Origin: an uncultured Verrucomicrobiae bacterium
Lineage (GTDB): Bacteria; Verrucomicrobiota; Verrucomicrobiia; Limisphaerales; UBA11358
Direction of reading: 5' to 3'
NCBI GenBank assembly: GCA_963804345.1
Contig: CAWDPX010000007.1
Coordinates: 13,614 to 77,613, forward strand
Length of the DNA: 64,000 nt
Position numbers and translations under genes: made by a program. A model generated the notes under the pieces. The model saw only the letters and a list, made by a program, of their open reading frames with translations. It made no database searches and was not told the origin of the DNA. Positions 38,775-49,126 of this stretch are shown piece by piece. Each line of letters opens with the position of its first letter. Position 1 is the stretch's first letter.

Positions 38775-39641
38775 ATGAGTATCCATCAAACAGGCGTTCT
38801 CTTCCCCAAGCGCGTTGCTTCGGTCGGCACATGGCTGGTTTTGTCCGGCATGCTTCTTTTGCCGGGTCTCGGCATTGCTCAAACCGTCACGTTGACCGAC
38901 GTGGGATCCTCGGCGGCGATTGATCTTGTCGGCGGTGCCGGAATGAATAACTGGAGTGTGCTCGGGCAGAACCAACTGATGCAGCAGTGGTTTTGGTATC
39001 GGACTGACGACGGTGTGGCCCATCCGATCAATTCGATCGGCGGGCTGACTTATCACACCTATACCGGCCTAAACGGAACCGCCAACGAGTTGGACGCAAC
39101 CTACCAGAACTCGCAGTTGAGCATCGAGATTGACTACGTTCTTTCAGGCGGCGGGGTCGGTGCGGGAAATGCCGACATGACCGAAACCATAACGGCCAGG
39201 AACTTATCAGGCAGTCAGCTTAACTTGAACTTCTACGAATACTCCTATTTCGATCTGTTGCAGTCCGGCAACAACAATATCACGATATTTGGGAATTCCA
39301 ATAGTGGTTACGATCATGTTCTGCAAACGAGTGGCTCGACGGCCATTCAGGAAGGAATCATTTCACCCAACGCAAATTACGCCGAAGCTGCAAATTACAG
39401 CCAGACGCTGGATGAACTCAACAACCAGCCTGGATTGCTGCTGAACGGCAATACGTCGGCGGGGGCGGGCGATGTGACCTGGGCATTCCAATGGGATCAA
39501 AATATTGCCCCGGGCGGGGAACTCGATATATTCAAAGATAAAAACCTGTCAATTTCAATGGTTCCCGAACCGTCAACCATGGCAATCATCGCCTTGGGGG
39601 TTGGTGCGCTGTGCTTGACACTGCGACGCAAGTTATCCTGA
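38775..39641 (+). CDS. PEP-CTERM surface protein
   Basis: VPEPST + TM + RRK; shares QQW.(W/Y)Y, FY.YS.F.L and G.V..A..WD with 37758. Confidence 0.9.
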   Translation: MSIHQTGVLFPKRVASVGTWLVLSGMLLLPGLGIAQTVTLTDVGSSAAIDLVGGAGMNNWSVLGQNQLMQQWFWYRTDDGVAHPINSIGGLTYHTYTGLNGTANELDATYQNSQLSIEIDYVLSGGGVGAGNADMTETITARNLSGSQLNLNFYEYSYFDLLQSGNNNITIFGNSNSGYDHVLQTSGSTAIQEGIISPNANYAEAANYSQTLDELNNQPGLLLNGNTSAGAGDVTWAFQWDQNIAPGGELDIFKDKNLSISMVPEPSTMAIIALGVGALCLTLRRKLS

Positions 39642-39676
39642 GGGAGAATTTGGTCGGATTGCAGATGGGCGGACAC

Positions 39677-39702
39677 AGGGCCGGTCAGTGACCGGCCTTT
39701 TT
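39677..39702 (+). terminator. Intrinsic terminator
   Basis: GGCCGGTC-AGT-GACCGGCC followed by TTTTT. Confidence 0.8.
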
Positions 39703-39788
39703 GTTTTGTTGGCATTAACAAGATTTCAATTATATTAAGGCTTTGCGCTTGGCGGCAGGAGCGTACTGTCCGTCGGCCGTTTGAATTT

Positions 39789-42767
39789 ATGGACGGCAGT
39801 TTTCAGCGTAGAGTGTTGGGAATGGTCTTGGCGGGCTGTGCCTTGGTCTGCAAGCTGCACGCTGGCGGCAGCGGACTGAACACGGTTGTCGTCGTCAACC
39901 AGACCAGTTCCAACTCCTGCGAGTTGGGCAATTACTACTGCCAACAGCGCCAGGTGCCGCCGCAGAACGTTCTATTTATCAATTGGTCGGGCGGCAATAC
40001 CCTTTGGACCAGCAATGATTTTCAAACCAATCTGGTGGCGCCCCTGCTGAATATGCTGGCGGTCCAACAGTTGACCAACCAGATTGATTACGTTGTCCTC
40101 TCGATGGATATTCCGTTCCAAACCAGCGTTGGTTCCACTCTCAACAGCACCACTGCGGCCTTGTTTTACGGTCCAAGGCTGGGCAACGGCAGCGATCCTT
40201 TTGGGATCACCAACAGTTATGCTGCCAGCGAGGCGGTCTTCCGCCGGGCGCCCCCGGTCGGCACTCCCGGCTATTCCTTCCTGGCCACGATGATCACGGG
40301 TGATTCGCTTGCCCAGGCGGAGCAGTTGGTGGATCAGGGCGTTGCCAGCGATGGGACTTTCCCCCAATCACCGGTGGTCCTGGCAAAAAGTTCAGACCCT
40401 TATCGCAACATCCGGTACGCGTATTTCGACAACGCCATTTTCAATGCGAACATTCTAGGCGTTTCCTCGATTTTGCGCACCAACAGCGATTTGGTTGCGT
40501 GGCCAAACGGCTGTCTGGGGTATCAAACGGGTTTGGCGCAATTCAGCGTCCCGCAAGGCATGTTTGTTCCCGGTGCGGTCGCGGACAGTCTGACTTCCTT
40601 CGGTGGCATCATTTTCGGGAGCAACAGCCAGACCAACCTGCTGGCATTTATTCATGGCGGGGCGACGGGCAGTTATGGCACCGTGGCGGAACCGGCCAAC
40701 GATACGCAGAAGTTCCCCAATCCCCAGGTTTACTTTTACCAAGCCCGTGGTTTCAGTCTGGCCGAAAGCTATTGTCAAAGCGTCAACGTGCCATATCTCG
40801 GACTCATGGTGGCCGAGCCGCTGGCGGCGCCCTTCGCCCAACCCGGTTATGGGCGGTGGGGCACCAACCTCCCCAACGCCGTGCTGAGGGGCACAACCAA
40901 CCTTACCGTGAATTTCAGTTCCCAGTTTGGGAACCACCCCCTGCAACAAGTTGATTTGTTCGTGGATGGCGTGTATTTCAGCACGCTGACCAACCTGGCT
41001 CCGTGTCCCGGCAATCGGTTGACTGTCACCCTGAACGGATATCCAATCACCTACACCGTCCCTACGAATTCCACCTTGAGCACGGTGGCCGCCGGGCTGG
41101 CCTCACTGATCAATGCCGCGACCAATGCCACCCTGGTGAAGGCCCTGGTTCATGGCGACCGCATCGAGCTGCATTCCATCGCCACCAATCCCATGGCCGT
41201 CCCTTTCTACGTTGCCGACAGCACCCCGGCGAACACCCCCGGCCTTTCATATGGCGCCAATTACCTGCCTGATTCTTTTCCGCCACAGATGACGCCCGGC
41301 CATCCTGATAAAAACGGAGTTTACAGGATGGTGGTGGAAATTCCCAGTACGTTGCCGTACGTCATCCTGGCTTCAACCAATTTATCAGACTGGCAACCCA
41401 TCCTCACGAATGATGCGCCGGGCCTGCTGAATTTTACCGACTATGACTCCACGAACCATCCCATGCGTTTTTATCGCATGACCTGGCCGGTGCCGGATCA
41501 ACCTCCTCAATTGTCGGCGCCGAGAATTGTCGGTCCCGGTACGTTCCAGATGTACGTGGACAGCACGCCCGGGCAGCCTTGGGCCGTTCAAGTCTCCACC
41601 AACCTCGTTAATTGGGTGTCCATCTTCACCAATCAGCCTGGCGGGGCGATGGATTTTGTTGATGCTGACGCCACGAATTCCGGCCGGTTTTACCGGGCCG
41701 GGCTCGTGCCTCCGGCGCCACCCGGCTTCGCGGTGCTGAACGTGGCGTCAAATTTCACGCTGATCCAGGTTAGCAATGCCGTGCGGCCTTACCTGGTTGG
41801 GGTCTCGACCAACCAAGGCCAGGTGACAACGTTGGCAACCAATTTCGCCTTTGGCGAAATCCAAACCGCCGCCGCAAGCGCGATTGGCAGCGGCAACAGC
41901 CTCTCGACTTTTCTAAACGCCAGCCAGCCCATGTTGCTGGCCTCGCAAGCGCTCGGCTTGCAGGGATACACGGTGATCAGCAATTCGCTCCCCACCAACG
42001 CCTGGATTCAGTTCGCCTTTATCAAGACCAATGGGCAGGCCGTGGTCGTGGCCGTCACGAATCAATCGGGCGGCAATTCAACTGCGCTCGTCAGCCAGTT
42101 GTTCGCCGCGATCAACACGAATCCCGGCTTGGAGGGGAGCGACGGCGTTCTGGCCGACGATTACGTGTTGAACCCGGGCGCGGTCACTTTCAATCTGTAC
42201 GCCCGGAGTCCGGGATACCCAGCCGCCACAATTCAAGTCTTCCCGCAGGTAAACAAGGTTTTCATGTCAACCCCGCAAGGCACCCTCACGCAAAACCTGT
42301 CCGACCTCCAGCCCCGAAACCATCTTTATGTCACGTCCGGCGCATCCAGGCTGGTACTGAACCTCCCCTTGGATACCACAACTCTGTCCGACGGCTATCA
42401 TAATTTAACTGCCGTGGCTTACGAAGGCAGTGACGTGCGAACGGAAACCCAGGTGACCGTGCCCGTCCAGATCCAGAACAGTTCCTTGAGCGCGACCTTG
42501 ACACTGCTCGACCTGACCAATCCAGCCCCGGTGCAAGGCATTTACCACATTCGAGTGGCCGCCAACACCAACACGGTAAGCCTGATCACTTTGTACAGCA
42601 CCGGCGGCGCGTTGGGCGCCGTCACCAATCAATCCACCGCGACTTTCCAGGTGGCGGGAACCAATTTGTGGGCCGGATTGCATCCTTTCTATGCCAAGGT
42701 CAAGACTTCCGATGGGCTTGAGTACCGCACGGGAACCCAATGGGTCCAACTGGTATCCACGCCATAA
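39789..42767 (+). CDS. TIGR03790-like secreted protein with Ig-like and STNLxxW repeat domains
   Basis: VVVNQ..S..LG.YY...R.VP..N, PGAVADSLTSFGG, GATGSYGTVAEP, G.SLAES; two STNLxxW modules. Confidence 0.75.
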   Translation: MDGSFQRRVLGMVLAGCALVCKLHAGGSGLNTVVVVNQTSSNSCELGNYYCQQRQVPPQNVLFINWSGGNTLWTSNDFQTNLVAPLLNMLAVQQLTNQIDYVVLSMDIPFQTSVGSTLNSTTAALFYGPRLGNGSDPFGITNSYAASEAVFRRAPPVGTPGYSFLATMITGDSLAQAEQLVDQGVASDGTFPQSPVVLAKSSDPYRNIRYAYFDNAIFNANILGVSSILRTNSDLVAWPNGCLGYQTGLAQFSVPQGMFVPGAVADSLTSFGGIIFGSNSQTNLLAFIHGGATGSYGTVAEPANDTQKFPNPQVYFYQARGFSLAESYCQSVNVPYLGLMVAEPLAAPFAQPGYGRWGTNLPNAVLRGTTNLTVNFSSQFGNHPLQQVDLFVDGVYFSTLTNLAPCPGNRLTVTLNGYPITYTVPTNSTLSTVAAGLASLINAATNATLVKALVHGDRIELHSIATNPMAVPFYVADSTPANTPGLSYGANYLPDSFPPQMTPGHPDKNGVYRMVVEIPSTLPYVILASTNLSDWQPILTNDAPGLLNFTDYDSTNHPMRFYRMTWPVPDQPPQLSAPRIVGPGTFQMYVDSTPGQPWAVQVSTNLVNWVSIFTNQPGGAMDFVDADATNSGRFYRAGLVPPAPPGFAVLNVASNFTLIQVSNAVRPYLVGVSTNQGQVTTLATNFAFGEIQTAAASAIGSGNSLSTFLNASQPMLLASQALGLQGYTVISNSLPTNAWIQFAFIKTNGQAVVVAVTNQSGGNSTALVSQLFAAINTNPGLEGSDGVLADDYVLNPGAVTFNLYARSPGYPAATIQVFPQVNKVFMSTPQGTLTQNLSDLQPRNHLYVTSGASRLVLNLPLDTTTLSDGYHNLTAVAYEGSDVRTETQVTVPVQIQNSSLSATLTLLDLTNPAPVQGIYHIRVAANTNTVSLITLYSTGGALGAVTNQSTATFQVAGTNLWAGLHPFYAKVKTSDGLEYRTGTQWVQLVSTP

Positions 42768-43037
42768 CGGATTCCGCCGGCGATTCGGGCAAAAAAGCGA
42801 CGGATGATTTGCTCGGCTCGATTTTCAGCCGGTCTTGCATCGGGGAACTCCAAACCTGCCGGCGCGGGTTGCCGCGCCAGCGTGTGCGTTCGGCCAAGGC
42901 AGCCCCGGAATTCCGAGCCCGGACTTTCTTTGAGCAAAATCACGACGTTCAATCGTTTGGCCAGGCCGGATTTTGGTTGTGCGGTTCAGATTTGACAGCG
43001 CGCGGTTTGTGCCCAGAATGTACTGCCGGTCTCGGTT

Positions 43038-43114
43038 GCCAGCGTAGCTCAGTTGGTTAGAGCGTGGGACTCATAAGCCCGAGGTCACTGGTTCGATTCC
43101 AGTCGCTGGCACCA
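43038..43114 (+). tRNA. tRNA-Met(CAT), elongator type (Ile2 not excluded)
   Basis: Acceptor GCCAGCG/CGCTGGC, anticodon loop CTCATAA, GTTCGATTC T-loop, encoded CCA; G1-C72 paired, so not initiator. Confidence 0.93.
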
Positions 43115-43178
43115 TCCAATAATCACTGCTTGACGTTTTCCAGCCAAGCGGATTAACTGTGTGGCGTTAGGCAAATTC

Positions 43179-44207
43179 ATGTTTGCGCAATTCAAAAGCC
43201 TGTTTTCCAATGACATTGGAATAGACTTGGGCACAGCCAACTCCCTCGTCTATGTGCGGGACCGTGGAATCGTCCTGCGCGAACCTTCGGTTGTAGCCAT
43301 TCAAGCGGGCACGACCAACGTGCTGGCCGTCGGTGCCGAAGCCAAACGAATGCTGGGCCGCACGCCCGGCAACATCGTGGCCATCCGGCCCATGAAGGAC
43401 GGCGTGATCGCCGACTTCGAAATCACCGAGGCCATGCTCCGCCACTTCATCCAAAAGGTTCACCATCGCAAATTGATTGCGCCACGAGTCGTGGTCGCAG
43501 TGCCTTCGGGCATCACGGAAGTGGAAAAACGGGCCGTCAAAGATTCCGCCACCCACGCCGGCGCGCGGGAGGTGTATTTGATTGAGCAACCGATGGCCTC
43601 CGCCATCGGCGTCGGTTTGCCGGTGCATGAGCCGGCGGGCAACATGATCGTGGACATCGGCGGCGGGACTTGTGAAATTGCCATCATCTCCCTCGCCGGC
43701 ATCGTCTTCTGCCGCAGCCTGCGGGTGGGCGGAGACGAATTTGACGAAACGATCACTGCGCACATGAAACGCGCCTACAACATGTTGATAGGTGAACGCA
43801 CCGCGGAAGAAATCAAGATACGCATCGGCTCCGCGTTTCCGTTGGAACAGGAATTGACCATGGATGTCAAAGGCCGCGACCTGGGTTCCGGCCTGCCCAA
43901 AACCCTGACCATCCGTTCCGAGGAAATTCGCGAAGCGTTGCAAGAACCGCTGTCGAGCATTTTGGAGTCCGTCCGCCTCACGCTGGAACGCTGTCCGCCC
44001 GAACTCGCCGCCGACCTTGTGGATCGCGGCCTGGTCATGGCCGGCGGCGGCTCGCTGTTGCGCGGCATAGACCGGCTGGTGGCCGAGGAAACCGGCTTGC
44101 CGGTCCACCTCGCGGACGACCCCATGAGCGCCGTTGCCGAAGGCACCGGCCGCGTCTTGCAGGAAATCGAATTCCTCAAGCGCGTCGCGACCAACGCCAA
44201 ATATTGA
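43179..44207 (+). CDS. mreB: Rod shape-determining protein MreB
   Basis: [32 protein letters not shown]. Confidence 0.97.
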   Translation: MFAQFKSLFSNDIGIDLGTANSLVYVRDRGIVLREPSVVAIQAGTTNVLAVGAEAKRMLGRTPGNIVAIRPMKDGVIADFEITEAMLRHFIQKVHHRKLIAPRVVVAVPSGITEVEKRAVKDSATHAGAREVYLIEQPMASAIGVGLPVHEPAGNMIVDIGGGTCEIAIISLAGIVFCRSLRVGGDEFDETITAHMKRAYNMLIGERTAEEIKIRIGSAFPLEQELTMDVKGRDLGSGLPKTLTIRSEEIREALQEPLSSILESVRLTLERCPPELAADLVDRGLVMAGGGSLLRGIDRLVAEETGLPVHLADDPMSAVAEGTGRVLQEIEFLKRVATNAKY

Positions 44208-44300
44208 TTTCCCGCCTTTGCGTGGCTGAAACCCCGCCGGGCGGGGTGAAGACCCGCGTGTTCACCTGCGTGCCCCGACACGTTTGTCGGGAGTAGCAGG

Positions 44301-45104
44301 ATGTTTAGAAAAACAAATTATCTCGCGCTTGGCGCGGTGACGCTGCTGGCACTGCTGATTCTCAGCCTGCCGCCGCGCGTGACCGCCCATCTCAAGCTCA
44401 CCATTGGCAGTTTGTTTTTGCCGCTGTTCGGGCTGGCCAACACCACCCAGCAACTCCCCGCCGATTTGGCCGACAGCGTCCTGCCCCGGCGTGAATTGCT
44501 TCAACAAATTGACCGGCTCCGCCGTGAAAATGATCAGTACAAGGCCCTGGCAGTGCAGACGGCTGCCATCGCGCGCGAAAACGACCAGCTCCACTCGCTG
44601 TTCGGCTGGCAGCAGCAGGCGCCGTGGAAACTCAAACTCGCCAACGTCGTCATGCGTGACCCGGCCAATTGGTGGCGCACCGTGCAGATTGACCTTGGCA
44701 GCCGCGACGGGCTCCGGGAAAATTTGCCCGTGCTCATCGCCGAAGGCCTGGTTGGCCGCGTCTCATCCGTCGGTCTGACACGCTCGCAAGTGGTTTTGAT
44801 CGGCGACCCGAATTGCCACGTCTCCGCGCTCGTTGAAAATCCGGCGCACGACACGGGCATCGTCAGCGCGAGCGGCCCGCTGGATACTTTGCTTGTGGAT
44901 TTGACCTATCTTTCCGGCAGCGCCAGTTTGAAACCCGGCCAGAATGTCATCACCAGCGGCCTCGGCGGTGTCTTTCCCAAAGGAATTTCCATCGGCCAGG
45001 TGGTGGATTCGCGCCCGGTCGAATTCGGCCTATACACCGAGGCGCGCGTAAAACTTTCGGCGAATCTTGGCGCGCTCGAGCAAGTCTGGGTGCTGTTTCC
45101 ATGA
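44301..45104 (+). CDS. mreC: Rod shape-determining protein MreC
   Basis: TM, coiled coil, GLVGRV, TSGLGGVFPKGI; synteny. Confidence 0.93.
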   Translation: MFRKTNYLALGAVTLLALLILSLPPRVTAHLKLTIGSLFLPLFGLANTTQQLPADLADSVLPRRELLQQIDRLRRENDQYKALAVQTAAIARENDQLHSLFGWQQQAPWKLKLANVVMRDPANWWRTVQIDLGSRDGLRENLPVLIAEGLVGRVSSVGLTRSQVVLIGDPNCHVSALVENPAHDTGIVSASGPLDTLLVDLTYLSGSASLKPGQNVITSGLGGVFPKGISIGQVVDSRPVEFGLYTEARVKLSANLGALEQVWVLFP

Positions 45105-45112
45105 AAATGAAA

Positions 45113-45213
45113 AAACATTCAACATTCAACTCTCAACGCTCAATGCGGAATGAAGCGTCGGCGTGTGGTGCTTGCATTGGATGTTGGGTGTTGAATGTTG
45201 AATGTTGGATGTT
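45113..45213. repeat. Heptamer-based inverted repeat element (AACATTC / GAATGTT)
   Basis: AACATTCAACATTCAACTCTCAACGCTCAAT ... ATTGGATGTTGGGTGTTGAATGTTGAATGTTGGATGTT. Confidence 0.8.
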
Positions 45214-45219
45214 TCCCTG

Positions 45220-45771
45220 ATGAACCTTTTCCGGACCATCCTGATTCTGGCCGCCGCGTTTCTGGCGGTGTTTGGCGAAGCAACGCTTCCCGTCCTGCGC
45301 CACTGGCTCGGCGCACAGGTGGATTTGCTGCCGGTGCTGATGGTGTATGCCGCGTTGACCGCGGACATCGCAACGGTCTCGCTGCTCGCCGTGCTGGGCG
45401 GTTTATGGTTCGACGCGCTGTCGGCCAATCCGCTTGGGACCAGCATCCTGCCGCTCTTTGCCGTTGGATTCGTGATCTATCTGCGGCGCGACTTGATTTT
45501 GCGCGAGCTGGCGTTCGCGCAACTCGTCCTCGGCACCACGGCCAGCGCCATTGTGCCGTTGCTGTCCATTTTGCTTTTGTTAACCGCGGGAAAACCACCA
45601 TTGCTAGGCTGGGGTTCGCTCTGGCAATGGCTGGTGATGGCCGCGGGCGGCGCGGCGGCGACGCCATGTGTTTTCGCGCTGTTCAATTGGTGCAACCGCT
45701 CGCTCGGCTATCAACCGAGGGTTGAACCCGGCTTCCGTCTCGACCGGGAAATCCGTCGGGGAAGAATATGA
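45220..45771 (+). CDS. mreD: Rod shape-determining protein MreD
   Basis: Hydrophobic, GGLWFDALS; synteny. Confidence 0.85.
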   Translation: MNLFRTILILAAAFLAVFGEATLPVLRHWLGAQVDLLPVLMVYAALTADIATVSLLAVLGGLWFDALSANPLGTSILPLFAVGFVIYLRRDLILRELAFAQLVLGTTASAIVPLLSILLLLTAGKPPLLGWGSLWQWLVMAAGGAAATPCVFALFNWCNRSLGYQPRVEPGFRLDREIRRGRI

Positions 45772-45862
45772 ATCCACAGTTTCCAATCCCCAGTCCACAG
45801 TCCCACCGCTGCCATCGCCGCGGCGTTTTGACGGTGGACTGCGAATTGTGGACTGCGGACTA
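45770..45862. repeat. Heptamer-based inverted repeat element (AGTCCAC / GTGGACT)
   Basis: AATCCACAG..CAATCCCCAGTCCACAGTCC ... GGACTGCGAATTGTGGACTGCGGACT. Confidence 0.7.
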
Positions 45863-45868
45863 CGTGCC

Positions 45869-47902
45869 ATGCTGATTTTTGACGAACTGAAAAAAAACGA
45901 TCCGCAACTCCGCCTCCTGGCGGTGGCGCTGGCGGGCGGCCTGTTTGTTTTGCTGGCCGGCCTGTGGTGGGTGCAGGTCGTTTCCGCGCGCAAATATGAA
46001 AGCCATTTGGAGACGCAGTCGTACCGCACGGTCCGCATCCCCGCCGTGCGCGGGAAAATTCTGGACCGCAATGGCCGGGTGCTCGCTGAAAATCGTCCGC
46101 GCTTCAGCCTCAGCCTTTACCTTGATGATTTGCGCCGGCAATTCGATGCCGCGTACGGTGCGGCCATCGCGCAGGCGCGGGCCGGCCAGAAACAGCGCAT
46201 CGCCGCACAAGAGAGAAAACTGGGCCGGTCGCTGACCAAGGCCGAACGAAAGCAATTCGCGCTCGCGGCCGATCAAATGAAACAGCTTCGCGAACAAACG
46301 CGTTTCCAGGTGGCGGACAGCGTGGTGGAACAGGTCGGCCAGAGGCTCGGCCAGCCGCTGGCGCTCGATCCGGCGATGTTCAAACGCCACTACGATACGC
46401 GGCTGGCGCTGCCGTATCCGTTGCTGCCCAATCTCAACGAGACGCAAATCGCGCGGTTTGAGGAGCAAAACCCCGGCGGCCTGGGTGTGGTTTTGGACTT
46501 GCAGCCCGCTCGCAGTTATCCGTATGGCACGACGGCGGCGCATTTGCTCGGATATGTGCTGCGCGACGATAGTTCCAAGGAAGGTGAGGATGCCTACCCG
46601 TTCAATTACTACATGCCGGATTATCGTGGCCAGGTCGGTGTCGAAGCCGGGTTCGACGCGCAATTGCGCGGGCGCCCGGGTGCGGAAGCCGTGCTCGTCA
46701 ACAATCTCGGCTACCGTCAGACCAAAAGCGTGGGAAGTCAGGCGGAGCCGGGCGATAACGTTGTGCTGACGATTGACCTCGACATTCAACAGGCGGCGGA
46801 ACGCTCGATCGCGGCGCATCAAGGCGCGGACGCGCGCGCGGCGGCCGTCGTGATGGACGTGCGCACGGGTGACGTGCTGGCGATGGTTTCGTCGCCGGCG
46901 ATCAACCCGGATTATGCCGCCAACGAACCGGCGCGCCTGAGCGACACCAAATTGCGCCCGCAAATCAACCGCGCCGCGCAGGAAAATTACGCGCCCGGCT
47001 CCATTTTCAAACCCATTGTCGGCCTGGCCGCGCTGGAAAACGGCCTCGATCCCAATGCGGTCATTTACAATCCGGAGAATCCGCAAGATCCGGGGCACGG
47101 ATACTACAAATTCTCGGCGTCGTTTTCAAAACGCGACACCGCGCCACCGGGCGATTACAATTTCCAACGCGCCATTGAGCGTTCCTGCAACACCTATTTC
47201 ATCACCATCGGCCTCCGCACCCGGATAGAAAACATCGTCCGGCTCGCCGAAAAATTTCATTTCGGCGAACGCATGGGGTTGCCGACCCACCAGGAAACCC
47301 GGGGAAATTTCCCGACTTTGGAACAGGTGAGCCGGCGGGAATGGCGCGACGGCAATACAGCGGACGTGTGCATCGGCCAGGAAATTGACGTGACGCCGAT
47401 GCAAATGGCCGTCGCCTATTCGGCCATCGCCAACGGCGGAAAAGTTTTGCAGCCGCGGTTCATCGAGCGCATCCAGCCGCAAGACCCGGCGGGCGGCGAA
47501 GCGCCAGCCATCTTCCCTTCCGGCGTCGTCCGCAACGAATTGGGCGTGCATCCGCGCAGTTTGAAAATACTGCATGATGCCATGCTCGCGGAAACGGAGG
47601 ATGTGGAAGGCACCGGCCGGGCGGCGGTCGTGCCCGGTCTGCGCATTTGCGGGAAAACCGGCACGGCACAGGTCAAGAATGAGCAAGGCCAGTTGACCGG
47701 CTGGAATTATTGGTTCGCCTCGTTTGCGCCTTATGAAAATCCGCGTTACGCCGTCGTGGTCATGGTCCAAACGGAAAATCGCGGCTCCGGCGGGGTCACC
47801 TGCGCGCCGATCGCGCATGACATTTACGAGGCAATTTTGAAAAACGAAATGCCGGACGCGCCAGCCCTGGCAACCGTGCAGCGTCGGGGAGCGGCAAATT
47901 AA
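45869..47902 (+). CDS. mrdA: Penicillin-binding protein 2
   Basis: RGKILDRNG, SxxK (SIFK), SxN (SCN), KTGTAQ. Confidence 0.93.
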   Translation: MLIFDELKKNDPQLRLLAVALAGGLFVLLAGLWWVQVVSARKYESHLETQSYRTVRIPAVRGKILDRNGRVLAENRPRFSLSLYLDDLRRQFDAAYGAAIAQARAGQKQRIAAQERKLGRSLTKAERKQFALAADQMKQLREQTRFQVADSVVEQVGQRLGQPLALDPAMFKRHYDTRLALPYPLLPNLNETQIARFEEQNPGGLGVVLDLQPARSYPYGTTAAHLLGYVLRDDSSKEGEDAYPFNYYMPDYRGQVGVEAGFDAQLRGRPGAEAVLVNNLGYRQTKSVGSQAEPGDNVVLTIDLDIQQAAERSIAAHQGADARAAAVVMDVRTGDVLAMVSSPAINPDYAANEPARLSDTKLRPQINRAAQENYAPGSIFKPIVGLAALENGLDPNAVIYNPENPQDPGHGYYKFSASFSKRDTAPPGDYNFQRAIERSCNTYFITIGLRTRIENIVRLAEKFHFGERMGLPTHQETRGNFPTLEQVSRREWRDGNTADVCIGQEIDVTPMQMAVAYSAIANGGKVLQPRFIERIQPQDPAGGEAPAIFPSGVVRNELGVHPRSLKILHDAMLAETEDVEGTGRAAVVPGLRICGKTGTAQVKNEQGQLTGWNYWFASFAPYENPRYAVVVMVQTENRGSGGVTCAPIAHDIYEAILKNEMPDAPALATVQRRGAAN

Positions 47903-47903
47903 A

Positions 47904-49124
47904 ATGATCAACACCACCCTCAACGAACCGCATGCAAAGATTGACCGGCTGCAACTGGCCGTGCTGGCCGGGTTGATGCTGATTGGCACGGCGTTCGTTT
48001 ACAGCGCCACCATGGCGAACGCCACGGAGGGTCTCAAACCCTGGTATGGCCAGACCTGGTTTCATCAAATCGTCTGGTATGCCCTCGGCATCGGCGCGGG
48101 GGCAACGCTGTGCCTCGTGGACTACCACACCCTGTCGCGCTGGTCGTTTGTGGTGTATTGGGCGACGATCGTTTGCCTGGTTGCCGTGATGATTCCGCAC
48201 ATCGGTTCGATGCGCTTTGGTGCGCGGCGCTGGGTGGACCTGGGATTTTTCCAATTTCAACCGAGTGAATTCGCCAAGCTCGCGTTCATTCTGGCGATGG
48301 CGCATTTCTTGGGCCGGCCGGAGGATGAATTGCGGCAGCCGTCAATTTTCTGGAAAGGCATCGGGCTTTTGTTGCTGCCGTTCGCGCTGATTTTGAAGGA
48401 GCCGGACTTGGGTTCGGCACTCGTATTGTTGCCAACGGGTCTGGTAATGATGTTCGTTGCCGGCACACCCAAGGAATATCTGTTGCAATTGGTCGGTGCG
48501 GTCGGTTTGCTGGCCGCGTTATTTTTGGTGGACATGCTGTTCCTGCCGCCGGGCTGGTGGCAGATTTCCATGCAGCCGTATCAGCGCGACCGGTTGCTGG
48601 TTTATTTTGGACGGGATTACACCCACTTTGCTCCGCCGAATGCCACTCCGGCGGAGTTGCAACACCTGCGACAGCAGCAACTGGACGATGAATATAATGT
48701 CCGGCAAGCGTTGATTTCCGTCGGCTCCGGCGGGCTGGCGGGCAAAGGCTGGCGGCAGGGCACCCAGAACGCCCTCGGATATTTGCCGCGAGCGGTGGCT
48801 CATAACGACTTCATTTTCTCCGTGATTGCCGAGGAGGAAGGATTCGTCGGCAGCGTGATGGTAATTGCGCTGTATGCGGTGGTTCTCTTCACGGGATTGA
48901 GAATCGCCGGCCAGGCGCGCGACCGCCTGGGCAAACTCGTGGCGGTGGGCGTCGTGACGCTCATCTTCAGCCACGTCTTCATCAATATCGGCATGAACAT
49001 TCGCATCATGCCCGTGACGGGCGTCCCACTGCCGCTGCTTTCCTACGGCGGGTCTTCAGTGTTGTGCTCGTTGATCGCACTGGGCTTGATGCAAAACATA
49101 TACATCCATCGAAAAGGATACTGA
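47904..49124 (+). CDS. rodA: SEDS glycosyltransferase RodA
   Basis: GARRW, QPSEFAK, EPDLG, HNDFIFS, GVPLPLLSYGGSS. Confidence 0.95.
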   Translation: MINTTLNEPHAKIDRLQLAVLAGLMLIGTAFVYSATMANATEGLKPWYGQTWFHQIVWYALGIGAGATLCLVDYHTLSRWSFVVYWATIVCLVAVMIPHIGSMRFGARRWVDLGFFQFQPSEFAKLAFILAMAHFLGRPEDELRQPSIFWKGIGLLLLPFALILKEPDLGSALVLLPTGLVMMFVAGTPKEYLLQLVGAVGLLAALFLVDMLFLPPGWWQISMQPYQRDRLLVYFGRDYTHFAPPNATPAELQHLRQQQLDDEYNVRQALISVGSGGLAGKGWRQGTQNALGYLPRAVAHNDFIFSVIAEEEGFVGSVMVIALYAVVLFTGLRIAGQARDRLGKLVAVGVVTLIFSHVFINIGMNIRIMPVTGVPLPLLSYGGSSVLCSLIALGLMQNIYIHRKGY

Positions 49125-49126
49125 CT

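Noticed and set aside
43038..43114. tRNA as integration site of an island
   Set aside because: No duplicated tRNA 3' end or integrase seen; mreB follows directly
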